Shown here piece by piece: positions 35,578 through 47,489 of a stretch of 64,000 nucleotides of DNA. The DNA lies in contig NC_135814.1 of NCBI RefSeq assembly GCF_964213995.1, forward strand, positions 14,942,001 through 15,006,000, read 5' to 3'. The notes under the pieces are model-generated. The model was given only the letters and a program-made list of their open reading frames with translations. It was not told the origin of the DNA and made no database searches. The stretch is from Mustelus asterias (taxonomy: Eukaryota). Each line of letters opens with the position of its first letter. Positions within the stretch are counted from its first letter, which is position 1. Position numbers and translations under genes: made by a program.

Positions 35578-35915
35578 GGCGGCATGGTGGCATAATGATT
35601 CACACTGTGTCAGGGACCCGGGTTTAATTCCGGCCTTGGGTGACTCTCTATGTGGTGTCTGCACGTGCTCCCTGTGCCTGCGTGGGTTTCCTCTGGGTGT
35701 TCCAGTTTCCTTCCACAGTCCAAAGATGTGCAAGTTAGGTCGATTGGATGTGCTAAATTACCCCTTAGTGTCAGGGGGAATAAGCATGCGTCGGGGGAGA
35801 AGCATACGTAAATACATGGGGTTACGAGGATAGGGCCTGGGTGAGGTTGTTGTCAGTGCAGACTTGATGGGCTGAATGGCCTATTTCTGTACTGTAGCGA
35901 TTCTATGATGCTATG
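35578..35915 (+). mobile_element. HE1-type V-SINE
   Basis: Head, V-domain and tail; followed by a type-2 tail fragment at about 35930-36045. Confidence 0.85.
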
Positions 35916-36759
35916 AATAAAATAGTAGAGGCATTGGCCACGTTAGGTTTTCCCTCAGCCTACCCTAACAGGCACCGGAGGGGATTCTCACAATAACTTC
36001 ATTGACGTGTTAATGTGATACTTGTGATACTAATAAATAAACTTAAGTTAATTTAAAATCGTTTTTAAAATCATTGAATTTTCTATCCTTGTGCGTTGCG
36101 GGCACTGACTTCATGCTTTGTTAAAAGTCTCCATGTATCGGCTGCTTCATTCAAGTGCCATACTCAGAGCCCCAATTTTGCAAGAGGAACAAAATCTACC
36201 TGGGGAATAGTTGGCGGCGGTGTGGTGCAGGCTGGATGATAGCGGGCTGACTCGTTTAATTCCAAAACGTGAACTCATTCGTATAATTAGCAAAAACTCC
36301 CAGGAGCAGCATAGGTCAAGTGCCGGCAGCTAGAGAAATGGAAGAAGGCAGAGAGAAACATCTAACAAACAGCTATAAATTTAAAGCATTGCTTCTTTTC
36401 AATGCCTGCACATGGGGAAAATATTTCAGCTTTCCTTTTCATCTGACTCTTTAAATATCTGGGATGAGAAGAGGTCATCATGTCTGTCAGTGTCAAGTCC
36501 TGTTCTTTAGCTGCATTTATTACTCGGCGCCATCTCTTCCTTCCCCTGTCTCCCAGAAGAGCCAAAAAGAAACACAGAGAGCAGTAGCCAATTCAAGAAG
36601 CCTCTGTTAAAAATTATAATGAGGAGGAAGGAGAAGGCTGTTTTCTTTTTTCTTGCCGTTCCTAGCTGGAAGGCAGTGAGGCCAATTCGAGTGCCAACCT
36701 GTCAGTGCAACTGAGAGAAACTAACCCAGCCCTATCTGGGGATCCTGTTAAGGATCAGA

Positions 36760-37025
36760 TAGAACAGAGAACAGTACAGCACAGGTATTGTGTCGAATGT
36801 AATGCCAAATTAAACTAATCCCTTCTGCCTGCCCTTGGTCCATATCTCTCCGTTCCTTGCACATTCATGTGCTTATATAAAAGCCCCTTAAACACCCCTA
36901 TCGTATCTGCCTGCACCACCATCCATTGCAGCACGTTCCAGACACTCTGTCTAAAAAACTTGCCCCTCACATCTTCTTTGAACTTTCCCTCTGTCACCTT
37001 AAGTGCACGCCCTCTAATATTAGAC
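36760..37025 (-). mobile_element. CR1 LINE 3' end
   Basis: KFKEDVRGKFF..VWNVL...FKGLL. Confidence 0.8.
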
Positions 37026-37029
37026 AGTT

Positions 37030-37852
37030 AGATCAGGCACTCCAAGGCATTTTATGAAGTGAACCTAGACCCTAACTTTTACATTTAATTTTGGCATGAG
37101 GGGGAACATAAAGCAATTCACTCCAGATATGATTCAAGTGACTCATTAGGAAGCTTTTATCAAAATCACCTTTATTGAAGAACACAGTTGGAATATAACA
37201 AAAAGAATTAGCATAACTTTTACCAACTAAAATACTTAAATATGACAAACTATAATTCTTAACAGCTAGCTATCTCTATTGTTTCAATTTAGCAGTATCC
37301 TGCAAAGACATGAATCCCTTCTTCAGGACCAATTAACACAGAAACCAAAGTTCTTTATGTAGGTACTAGATTTCCAGACTTTTGACAATTCTGGAGAGTG
37401 ATCCAGACAGACACCTGTCTTCTGACTTTCAGGCAACAACTTCCAGAGAAAGCTCAACTCGCAGACAAGAGAATCTCAGAGAAAGAGATTTATTTCCTGA
37501 CAGATTCCAGTCTCCAGACCTCACTGAGAAAGTGACCTCTCTCTAAGGATCCCAAAAGCAGACTGCCTTGAGTTTTCTGTGAAGGCCTAGTCTCACTCGG
37601 TCATATGACCTTACCTGTCAATCAACCTAATCAAGCCCTACTGTACGCTATCCCAGGGGAAAACTCAAAACAACAGAACTCTGCAATAGTTCAGATTAAA
37701 ATAAATATGGTATCAATAAAGATCAATTCTGCTGCTGCTGAAACAATGGGGGATGCTGCTTATAGACAGAATGGCTCTGATCAACAAACTGCTGCAGCAG
37801 ACCCTGCACATAAAATATGGCAAATACATTTCTTAAAGGCACAGTATCATCA
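37030..37852 (-). mobile_element. LTR-like repeat (solo LTR)
   Basis: Begins tgtgatactgtgcctttaag on the minus strand; its 3' part is homologous to 29285-29390. Confidence 0.55.
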
Positions 37853-38609
37853 CAATCTTCATGAACTAGTTCCGTGTCTGACAATAGATTTTCCAATGGA
37901 GGAATGGAAAGAATCGCTACATTTCTTCAATTCTCCGGAATCACCAAAGCAGTCGGTGAACTGCATCGATGAAAATAAAGCCCAACACGGAAAATAGTTA
38001 GTAGGTTACATTCATGTAGCAAGGAACTTCAGCAAATCATGAATAGTTTGGGTGAGTAAAATCAGAGAAAAATCGGTGGAATACCAGAAATGCAAGGTTA
38101 AATTATTTGAGTCTCCACTCTGCTTGGAAATATCATTTTGTGAAATCTGTGGACCCAGCAGCAAGGATCTTGCAAAATGTTCTTTCCAGTGAAGAACACA
38201 CAGAGATCACTTGCAGGCTGCCAATTTGCTTCACTTTGCAGCTGAGCAAATGGGAAAGTTACAGACCTCTGGCAATCAGCAAATTGCATTTCGCTGCCTT
38301 AATCTTCCTCAATTACGAAAATGTGCTTTCAGAAGTGCCTTAATTAGGTGATTGCCAAGCCAACAATAGAGAAAGTTCACAAAGATTTAGGGCAGGCCTG
38401 GCCTTAACAAATCCTTTTCTCAGCTTCGATGGAGGATATTTTTTGTTATGAGTCCAATTCTGGCTCTATTTTGTTGCACTTTTCCATGATCAGCTTATTT
38501 GAATAATTGTCCATAATTGCCCATCTAGCTTTGGTCTCAGTCATGGTGCCAATTTGGAAAATCCAGTCAATTGTTCCATACTAAAAGATTGTGTGCTCAC
38601 AGAGGTATA

Positions 38610-38735
38610 GGCTGGAATTTTACCACCTCACCTGCCCCAGAATTGGGGTGGACGAGGCTCACAGAACAGAATTCTCCGTTGGCCTTAGGCAGGATTTTAT
38701 GAGCCTCGCCCGAGCGAGGTCGTAAAATCCCACCC
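38610..38735. mobile_element. Harbinger-like MITE
   Basis: TIRs ggctggaattttac / gtaaaatcccaccc with a 3-bp ATA on both sides. Confidence 0.7.
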
Positions 38736-38737
38736 AT

Positions 38738-39020
38738 AAAGTTTATTAGTGTTACAAGTAGGATTGCATTAACACTGCAGTGAAGTTTCTGTGAAAAATC
38801 CCCAAGTCGCCACACTCCAGCGCCTGTTTGGGTACACGGAGAGAGAATTTAGCATGGTCAGTGCACCTAACCAGGATTGTGGGAGGAAATCGGAGAACCT
38901 GGAGGAAACCCACACAGACACAGGGAGAACATGCAGACTCTACACACTCAGTGACCCAAGCCGGGGATTGAACCTGGGTCCCTACGCAGTGAGGCAGCAG
39001 TGCTAACCACTGTGCCGATA
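38738..39020 (-). mobile_element. V-SINE with Rex1-like tail (type 2)
   Basis: Head, V-domain and tail. Confidence 0.85.
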
Positions 39021-39257
39021 TGTCGCAACACAGAGATACACATATTGCTTCAACTGATGTCACACTTCAAAATTAATGTTATGTGTTTACAGGCCTTGGG
39101 GAGGTGTGGTGGGGTGGGGTGGATGGGTGGGAGGGGCTGGGTGTTGGGGGTTACTTGCTGGAGAAAAGTGTAAGGAGCGTCAAGCATTCTTATTCTCAGA
39201 TGTAGGTTGCCAGATATTCAACACCCAATTCAGCGAACTGCCAATGAACTAGTATCT

Positions 39258-39477
39258 AAAGATAAACTCGTCATAATCCCAGATGACCATAGGCTGCTCT
39301 CCTCTTTGAGGGGGAGAGCTGACTGCTGGTGGTGTTAACCTGAGGTTCACCACACCTCAGGCAAGGGACAAGTTGAGAAGGCGGCACCTACAGCCGGTAC
39401 AGGAATTGAACCTACATTGTTGGTATCACTTTATATCAAAAACCAGCTGTCCAACCAACTGAGCTAAACTGACCCCC
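39258..39477 (-). mobile_element. tRNA-derived SINE, a further family (single copy here)
   Basis: Minus strand ggggtcagtTTAGCTCAGTTGG (A box) ... GGTTCAATTCC (B box) ... cctgaggtgtggtgaacctcagg hairpin and short tail. Confidence 0.75.
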
Positions 39478-39639
39478 ACTAATATCTACTGCTCATTTCA
39501 TGAGAATAAAGGCCCATGACCCATTTTAAAGATTTATTTCACCCAATTCAAATACAAACTGGCTCAGATAAGTTTCCACCCCATGGCAGCCATTAGAATT
39601 CAGTTGTATAATTTCAGTTCCTGTATGCAGCCATAAAAT

Positions 39640-39820
39640 AGATGTGCAGGTTAGGTTGACTGACCATTTAAATTGCCCATAGCTCCCGGGATGTGTAGGT
39701 TAGAGGAAGTAGCGGGGTAATTAGTGGGATTACGGGGATAGGGCCTGGGGTGGGATTGTTGTCGGTGCAGACTCAATAGGCTGAATGGCCTCCTTCTGCC
39801 CTGTAGGGTTACTATGATTC
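39640..39820 (+). mobile_element. HE1-type V-SINE 3' half
   Basis: Matches the family 3' half. Confidence 0.8.
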
Positions 39821-40184
39821 CGTGATTAGTACGGGTTGGCCTGTCCATCCATGAGGGTTCAGGAAAGGCAATTTTGAAAATCTGAAAGGTTAATGGTTGC
39901 GAATACTTTTGTTATATTGTCACTTTGGGCCAGAATTAGACCATTGATTCTCAAGACAGAAAATATCTCAGCTCCATGTGAACGACACTCACACAAGAGT
40001 TTTGCTCTGGGGGGTTAGTGTGGGATTGAGTCAAGTCCTCCAATTCAAGTAGCAGTTCAGAGATGGGGGGGGTCCCCTGAAGAAGAGGAAGGCAGATAAT
40101 GTCTCAGGCCCGCCTAGGGAAGCGAACTATGGTGTCAAAGCCCACGGACTCTGTGTTTGTGACGCAGATTTATGAAGACTTTTT

Positions 40185-40556
40185 TTAATTGTGGGACATG
40201 GACATTGCCAGCTGGCCAGCATTTATTGCCCATCCCTAGATGCCCTTACTGAGTGGCTTGCTAGGCCATTTCAGGGGATAGTTGAGAGTCAACCACATTG
40301 CTGTGGCTCTGGAGTCACATGTAGGCCAAACCAGGTAAGGACAGCAGATTTCACATTCGTGAACCAGGTGGGGTTTTTCCGACAATCGACAATGCTTTCA
40401 TGGTCATCAGTAGACTCTTCATTCCAGATATTTTATATTGAATTCAAATTCCACCATCTGCCGTGGTGGGATTCGAACCCACCAGGTCCCCAGAACATTA
40501 GCTCAGTTTCTGGATGAATAGTCTAGCGATAATACCTCAAGACCATCGCCTCCCCC
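40185..40556 (-). mobile_element. Meta-SINE-like SINE
   Basis: Full head, core and tail. Confidence 0.82.
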
Positions 40557-40924
40557 AGGGCATCAAGTTACTCATCAGAGGTACTTTCCTTCATTTCGGT
40601 GTTATCATTGAGTGCGATTCCACCATTTAAAAAAAATTCTTCATGTAACACTTTGTTTATCCAACATTCTGTTCTCAATTTGTAATTGGTTACAAATATC
40701 CCTTCTGAATAAAACACCCATATCGATACAATGGGGCAGTCCACTCAAGAGCATGACAGGCTATTCTCTGAAATGCCTAACTTGCTTCTCCCTAACATTA
40801 TTTCAACCCACACAAAGTATGTCCTGTTTATTTTTTGTTTTACACAAACATAATACACCACAACCCCCGCGCTCCCCATCACATTCCCTCCAAGGCACTG
40901 TGGGTGTTCCGACACTACATGGAC

Positions 40925-41450
40925 TGATTTGATTTGATTTATTATTGTCACATGTATTAGCATACAGTGAAAAGTATTGTTTCTTGTGCGCTATACAGAC
41001 AAAGCATACCCGTACATAGGGAAGGAAAGGAGAGTGTGCAGAATGTGGTGTTACAGTCATAGCTAGGGTGTAGAGAAAGATCACCCTTGTGAGAGGTAGG
41101 TCCATTCAAAAGTCTGACAGCAGTAGGGATGAAGCTGTTCTTGAGTCGGTTGGTACGTGACCTCAGACTTTTGTATCTTTTTCGTGAAGGAAGAAGGTGG
41201 AAGAGAGAATGTCTGGGATGCATGGGGTCCTTAATTATGCTGGTTGCTTTGCCGAGGCAGCGGGAAGTGCAGACAGAGTCAATGGATGGGAGGCTGGTTT
41301 GCCTGATGGATTGGGCTACATTCACGACATTTTGTAGTTTCTTGCAGTCTTGGGCAGAGCAGGAGCAGTGATACAACCAGAAAGAATGCTTTCTATGGTG
41401 CATCTGTAAAAGTTGGAGAGAGTTGTAGCGGACATGCCAAATTTCCTTGG
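40925..41450 (-). mobile_element. Rex1/Babar LINE 3' end
   Basis: ORF 40957-41493 CSAQDCKKLQNVV...TNRLKNSF; (AAATC)n tail. Confidence 0.9.
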
Positions 41451-43684
41451 TCTCTTTGGACTGCAGCGGTTCAAGAAGGCAGCTCACCACCACCTACTCA
41501 AAGACAATTAGAGGTGGGCCATAAATACTAGCCTCGGCAGCGAAGCCCACATCCTGTAAAATGAATTTTGAAAATCAAATTACTTCAAAAGAATCATAAA
41601 CAAACTTCCACCCAATGATGTGTTGAGAAGTTATTTGATCATGAGGTCACCTTCATATCAGTTTTAAGCTAATTAATTTTTGCCAGGAACAAAGAACTTG
41701 AACAAATAATTGTGAAATTTTGGTCGGAAGCAGGAAATTCAATGCACAGTATACCTAGTGCAAATGTAATACAAAAAAAAGACATGCAGAGACTTTAAAG
41801 TATCTTATATTGACAAAACAAATCTTAAACAAGAACAGTAAGTGCTCATAAACGACTAAATTACATCTGTATAATGGTTATTCTATCTCAAACTGGAAAT
41901 TTAATAATATAGAATAATTCATTTTAATCCTAGATAATTGCCAATGTTCCTAGATGCCAATTCTTATTTTGCTTCCTTTTTCTCAAGTTGCTGCTTTTGA
42001 TTTATCACAATGGCTTTGACGTGTTTTAAGTGAAGACTTGCTTGCAGGATAAATTTCCCTTCATCCAATTATTCTTATTAAATGAATAACAGCACACATA
42101 CGGGCAACAAATCATTGCTTAAACAAATGATATCAGCTACCTGATCTTCCTGGTTGCTTTCCAAAAGCTCATTTGTCAAATGCACTGTCTAGTGTGGGTT
42201 GAATCACCAGAGAGGTTCCTGTTCTGTCATGTGAAGCATATTCGGGGCATTGCGTTTGGCCGCAACACCCTTGGGCAAGGAAAGTTTGAAAAGGCAGACG
42301 GGGAAAAGGAGAAATGTGGAAAGAGGGTTGTTATATTGTTATATAATTTGTAACGAATTAATTGTTGTGTGAATATATATCGTGGATTGCGGCTGAGGGG
42401 GTTATTTGACACTACTGTCTGCCCCTCTACTGTGGCTGCATTCACTGCCAGGTAGCCTTGGGGAGGGAGCATGTGGTGTCCACCAACACGCTTCAGGCAT
42501 TCCACAACCAGAGAGCGTCGTGGGGACTGGGGTGCAACAACACCCCCTGGAATGACATTTTGATTTAATTTATTAATTTCCTTTTGATGCTCTGTTTTAG
42601 TGACAATGCTTGACCTCCCGTTTGTTTAATTTACTGAATATTGGTTTTATTAAATGAGTTTATCCTGGGCTGCCACATTCACTGTCGCGCTGCAGTCATT
42701 TTTCAAGTAACCATGTATCAATCCAGCAGCCAAATAGAGAGCAGCAAGAAATACAGTCAATGAAGCTCCTGTATTTTGAGCAAAAACTCAAACATTTTAA
42801 ACAACGTTAATAATGAACTAAATTGAAACTGGTGCCAGAATGAGAAATAAAAAACTGAGAAACTTGTATGAAAATGAAACAGTGGTCACAGCAATAATCA
42901 TACAGCTCTAGGACATGGTGAATCGGGAGGCTAATTATTTTAGCTAGTTTATTTATTTGTCACAAGTAGGCTTGCATTAACACTGCAATTAAGTTACTGT
43001 GAAAATCCCCTAGTTGCCACATTCTGGCACTGAGGGAGAATTTAGCATGGCCAATGCAGCTAATGATGTGGAGACATTTGAAAAGTTAAAATAAATAAGT
43101 GTTAATTTCAGTATCTTGCCAAAAGGTCTTAAGAACAAGGGTCACATACATCCTCTTGTGGGAAAGAGGGAAAGGTGAATTTGTCTAAAAGCTGGAACCA
43201 GAGTAAAGAAGACAGCAGAAACCCAGACATTGTTGAAAAACCTCAACATATATATCCAGCCAAAGTCAAATTGTCAGAACATGAATTCATGCGTAATTAG
43301 CTAAAAACTGATGGGCTAACTCTTATTTCATTTTTTACAAGTTATAAACCAATTGGCTATTTCCAACAATTGACTAAGGCGGGTTTTCAACATTTTATTG
43401 GATAAAAAATAGGTCCCTAGAAACCATTTTGGTAGAGAGAGATGTTGTGAGAAAAATGAATTTCAAGACCTGAAGCAGGAATCAGGTGAGCTGTTGACCA
43501 TTGCATAACAAGATTGGAAAACAGCATCCAGAAAATACAAATTTAAGGACGCATTTTTAAAAGTGGCTAAGATCAGCACATTCGGGGCTCTGCACACACT
43601 GAAGTACAAAAAATAATTGGAAAGGAGAAACTAACAACATTTTAGGCTGTACACACTGTCAGGATTTTGCTACCAAAGCCAGTG

Positions 43685-43933
43685 GATTTTGCTACCAAAT
43701 AAACCTGTTGGACTTTAACCTGGTGTTGTGAGACTTCTTACCAGGTCATACAAAGCCATAGCCATTCAGGCCCCACCGCCACTATAAGCAAAGATGGAGA
43801 ATTTGACGCTCAGCCAAATGTCTGTTCACTGTTTCCACTCCATCTGACGAAGGAGCAGCGCTCCGAAAGCTAATGGCATTTGCGACCAAATAAACCTATT
43901 GGACTTTAACCTGATGTTGTTAAAACTCTTACT
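43685..43933 (+). mobile_element. Two tandem Penelope pLTR fragments
   Basis: gctaccaaataaacctgttggactttaacctggtgttgtgagacttcttac at about 43691-43741, and a variant at 43832-43933. Confidence 0.75.
43840..43876 (+). ncRNA. Minimal hammerhead ribozyme
   Basis: CCAT-CTGACGA-A-GGAGC AGC GCTCC-GAAA-GC-TA-ATGG; intact core with a CUA cleavage triplet. Confidence 0.78.
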
Positions 43934-44455
43934 GCAGTGGGACCAGAGAACTGGCATGAATGACTGGAGAATCCAGCCCATGAGTAGATGGATGAAAATA
44001 TTTGACTACCAAACATCTAGTTTTCAGTTAAGTCAAGAGAGAGGCAGCAGTGTTGAAATAGCAACAAAAAAATGCACACTCTCAGAAACTTAATTTAATT
44101 GAAGTAAGATTTATGGGATTCACTTGTTTGCAAAAGACACCAATTATAAATCACACCAGGTTCTAGAGACTCAACTATATAACAAAAAAGAACACTTTAA
44201 ATGGTGAATTCAGAAAGTTTATTAGCTATTAAAAAGGTAACGAATCAGAAAGATCAAAAGCAAAGCATCAATTAACAGTAATTAGCAGTAATTTTCTATA
44301 ATTCACAGCAAGAGGAGAAAGACTTTAACAATTGAACAGATTTTTTACCACCCTTCTCAGAGTAGGACGTGAAGTGACAGATTTGAAAACATGCGTAGCA
44401 TGAAAAACCAACAGCTCTGAACACCTCTCCAAACATCGCTCATCTACCCACATCT

Positions 44456-45948
44456 GGCTCTGATCTTCAGGTCGTCGTTGGCCTCTGGTATAGTACCAGA
44501 AGATTGGAGGTTAGCGAATGTTGTCCCATTGTTTAAGAAGGGGAACAGAGACTTCCCCGGGAATTATAGACCGGTGAGTCTCACTTCTGTTGTCGGCAAG
44601 ATGTTGGAAAAAATTATAAGGGATAGGATTTATAGTTATTTGGAGAGTAATGAATTGATAGGTGATAGTCAGCATGGTTTTGTGGCAGGTAGGTCGTGCC
44701 TTACTAACCTTATTGAGTTTTTTGAGAAAGTGACCAAGGAGGTGGATGGGGGCAAGGCAGTGGACGTGGTATATATGGATTTTAGTAAGGCGTTTGATAA
44801 GGTTCACCATGGTAGGCTTCTGCAGAAAATGCAGATGTATGGGATTGGGGGTGATCTAGGAAATTGGATCAGGAATTGGCTAGCGGATAGGAAACAGAGG
44901 GTGGTGGTTGATAGTAAATATTCATCATGGAGTGCGGTTACAAGTGGTGTACCTCAGGGATCTGTTTTGGGGCCACTGCTGTTTGTAATATTTATTAATG
45001 ATCTGGATGAGGGTATAGTTGGGTGGATTAGCAAATTTGCTGATGACACCAAAGTCGGTGGTGTGGTAGACAGTGAGGAAGGGTGTCGTAGTTTGCAGGA
45101 AGACTTAGACAGGTTGCAAAGTTGGGCCGAGAGGTGGCGGATGGAGTTTAATGCGGAGAAGTGTGAGGTAATTCACTTTGGTAGGAATAACAGACGTGTT
45201 GAGTATAGGGCTAACGGGAGGACTTTGAATAGTGTGGAGGAGCAGAGGGATCTAGGTGTATGTGTGCATAGATCCCTGAAAGTTGGGAATCAAGTAGATA
45301 AGGTTGTTAAGAAGGCATATGGTGTCTTGGCGTTTATTGGTAGGGGGATTGAATTTAGGAGTCGTAGCGTTATGTTGCAACTGTACACAACTCTGGTGCG
45401 GCCGCACTTGGAGTACTGTGTGCAGTTCTGGTCCCCACATTACAGGAAGGATGTGGAGGCTTTGGAGAGGGTGCAGAGGAGGTTTACCAGGATGTTGCCT
45501 GGTATGGAGGGGAGATCCTATGAGGAGAGGCTGAGGGATTTGGGATTGTTTTCGCTGGAAAGGCGGCGGCTAAGAGGGGATCTTATTGAAACATATAAGA
45601 TGATTAGAGGTTTAGATAGGGTGGATAGTGATAGCCTTTTTCCTCTGATGGAGAAATCCAGCACGAGGGGGCATGGCTTTAAATTGAGGGGGGGTAGTTA
45701 TAGAACCGATGTCAGGGGTAGGTTCTTTACCCAGAGGGTGGTGAGGGATTGGAATGCCCTGCCAGCATCAGTAGTAAATGCGCCTAGTTTGGGGGCGTTT
45801 AAGAGATCCGTAGATAGGTTCATGGACGAAAAGAAATTGGTTTAGGTTGGAGGGTCACAGTTTTTTTTTTAACTGGTCGGTGCAACATCGTGGGCCGAAG
45901 GGCCTGTTCTGCGCTGTAATGTTCTATGTTCTATGTTCTATGTTCTAT
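44456..45948 (+). mobile_element. Young 5'-truncated CR1 LINE with uninterrupted RT frame
   Basis: ORF 44478-45845 (455 aa, no stops) with all RT motifs (NYRPVSLT, QHGF, DFSKAFD, GVPQGSVLGP, FADD). 3' UTR and (TTCTATG)n tail present; endonuclease absent. Confidence 0.97.
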
Positions 45949-46116
45949 CTTTCTCCCTACATCTCTCTCAACATCTCTCTCGACCAAAATGGTTTCTAGG
46001 GACCTATTTTTTATCCAATAAAATGTTGAAAGCTTGCCTCAGTCAATTGTTAGAAATAGCCAATTGGTTTATAACTTGTAAAAAATGAAATAAGTTTTTA
46101 GCTAATTACGCATGTT

Positions 46117-47253
46117 GGGGGCTACTCTCCCAAAAGTGCTGAATTGGCGGGAACACTGTTCTAGATCGCGACACTTCTGACAATTCAGCTTTTCAACTGA
46201 ATCTCTGCACTCTGTGCACTGAAGAGGTCCCAGTTGTGAATATCATTAAAAACCCAGAGGGGCGGGGCCTATTCGCACTGGAGTTTGACAGTTCTGGAAC
46301 TCTGCGCATGCGCAGTGGCCCCAAACTGTCAAACCCCCGTTTGCTGGCCAGTTCGATCGTTGGCCAGCCTGGGACCCTCGCAGTGCTGCCCTTTCAGCTC
46401 CCCGCGGCCCAATCGCGGCCCCTACAACAATTCCCAGGCCAGCCCTGACACCCCCATCCCAGAGCGCCCCGATGTCCAGGCCCCACCCCCCAGCAGTGGT
46501 GATCCCCCCACCCTCCTTACCCCAGCAGGACCCTCCCACGCTGACCCCTCCCAAGCTCAGAACCCCCCCAGACCCCACTGCAGGCACGCCCCCAGCAGAC
46601 CAACCCCCCCCCCCCCCCCCCACCCCCCCACCCCCAGCCTGCCCTAATCACTGCCCTCCCTCCATCCCAGACCGATCACAATGCAGAGTGGCAGCGGGAC
46701 CCCCCACCCCCACCACTTGCACCTAGGCTCTGCCCACAATAGGCCCCCCCCCCATTTGGCACTGCCCAATGCCCGATGGTCAGTGTCAAGGTGACCCCTG
46801 GACATGGGCACTTTGCTTCTTGGGCAGTGCCAGGGGGCACAAGCTGGCACTGCCAGGGTGCCCATGCCCGGTGGCACTACCCCTCCACCGCCTGACCCCC
46901 TGCGGTGCCTGATTGCCCCCCCTTCATTCCGGCGGGGTCTCCTGCTAGTTCCCCGAATGTGGGGAGCTAGTCTAAACCCCGCCAGAATGAAATACTCCTG
47001 GCTGGGTGGGAGATTCGATTGGGACCTGAAAGGTCCTGATAATTAGCAAATCTACTTATTTAAAGTAGATTTAAAAAATATTTAAATTACTTACCTGCCT
47101 TCCCGCCGGTTTCCAGAGTGGTTTGACCGGCGACTGCTCGCCGGCTCTGGGAGATGTGCATGCGTTCCCTGCGCATGCGCATATTCCCGTTCAAGGCCGC
47201 AGACGTGCGTCTCCCGGCCGGACCCGACAGAAAAGTAGTGGGAGAATCACGGC
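46117..47253. mobile_element. GC/CpG-rich non-autonomous TIR element (Harbinger-like)
   Basis: Imperfect TIRs ggctactctccca / tgggagaatcacggcc. Internal tgcgcatgcgca palindromes and C-rich tracts as in 30429-31417. Confidence 0.6.
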
Positions 47254-47489
47254 CGTTGTCTCAGCTTTAAGCCAATGCTTCTCCTTAAACATATATCTTG
47301 TGTTGAATAAGTCAGAGTGTCAACCAATAACTGGTTAACATAGATGTCCGTCATTTATAGCTGAGATGTCTTGCACAGGAGTCTACTCATTCCCTCCCGT
47401 TAAGATTAACAAGTCATGTTAATTTTTTTGTTGGCCAGAGAAGGGCACATCTTATAATTCCCACACAATGCTTAATGCTGGAATTAAAA

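Noticed and set aside
37605-37997. 130-aa plus-strand ORF
   Set aside because: Largely antisense to an LTR-like repeat, with no recognisable domain or splice support.
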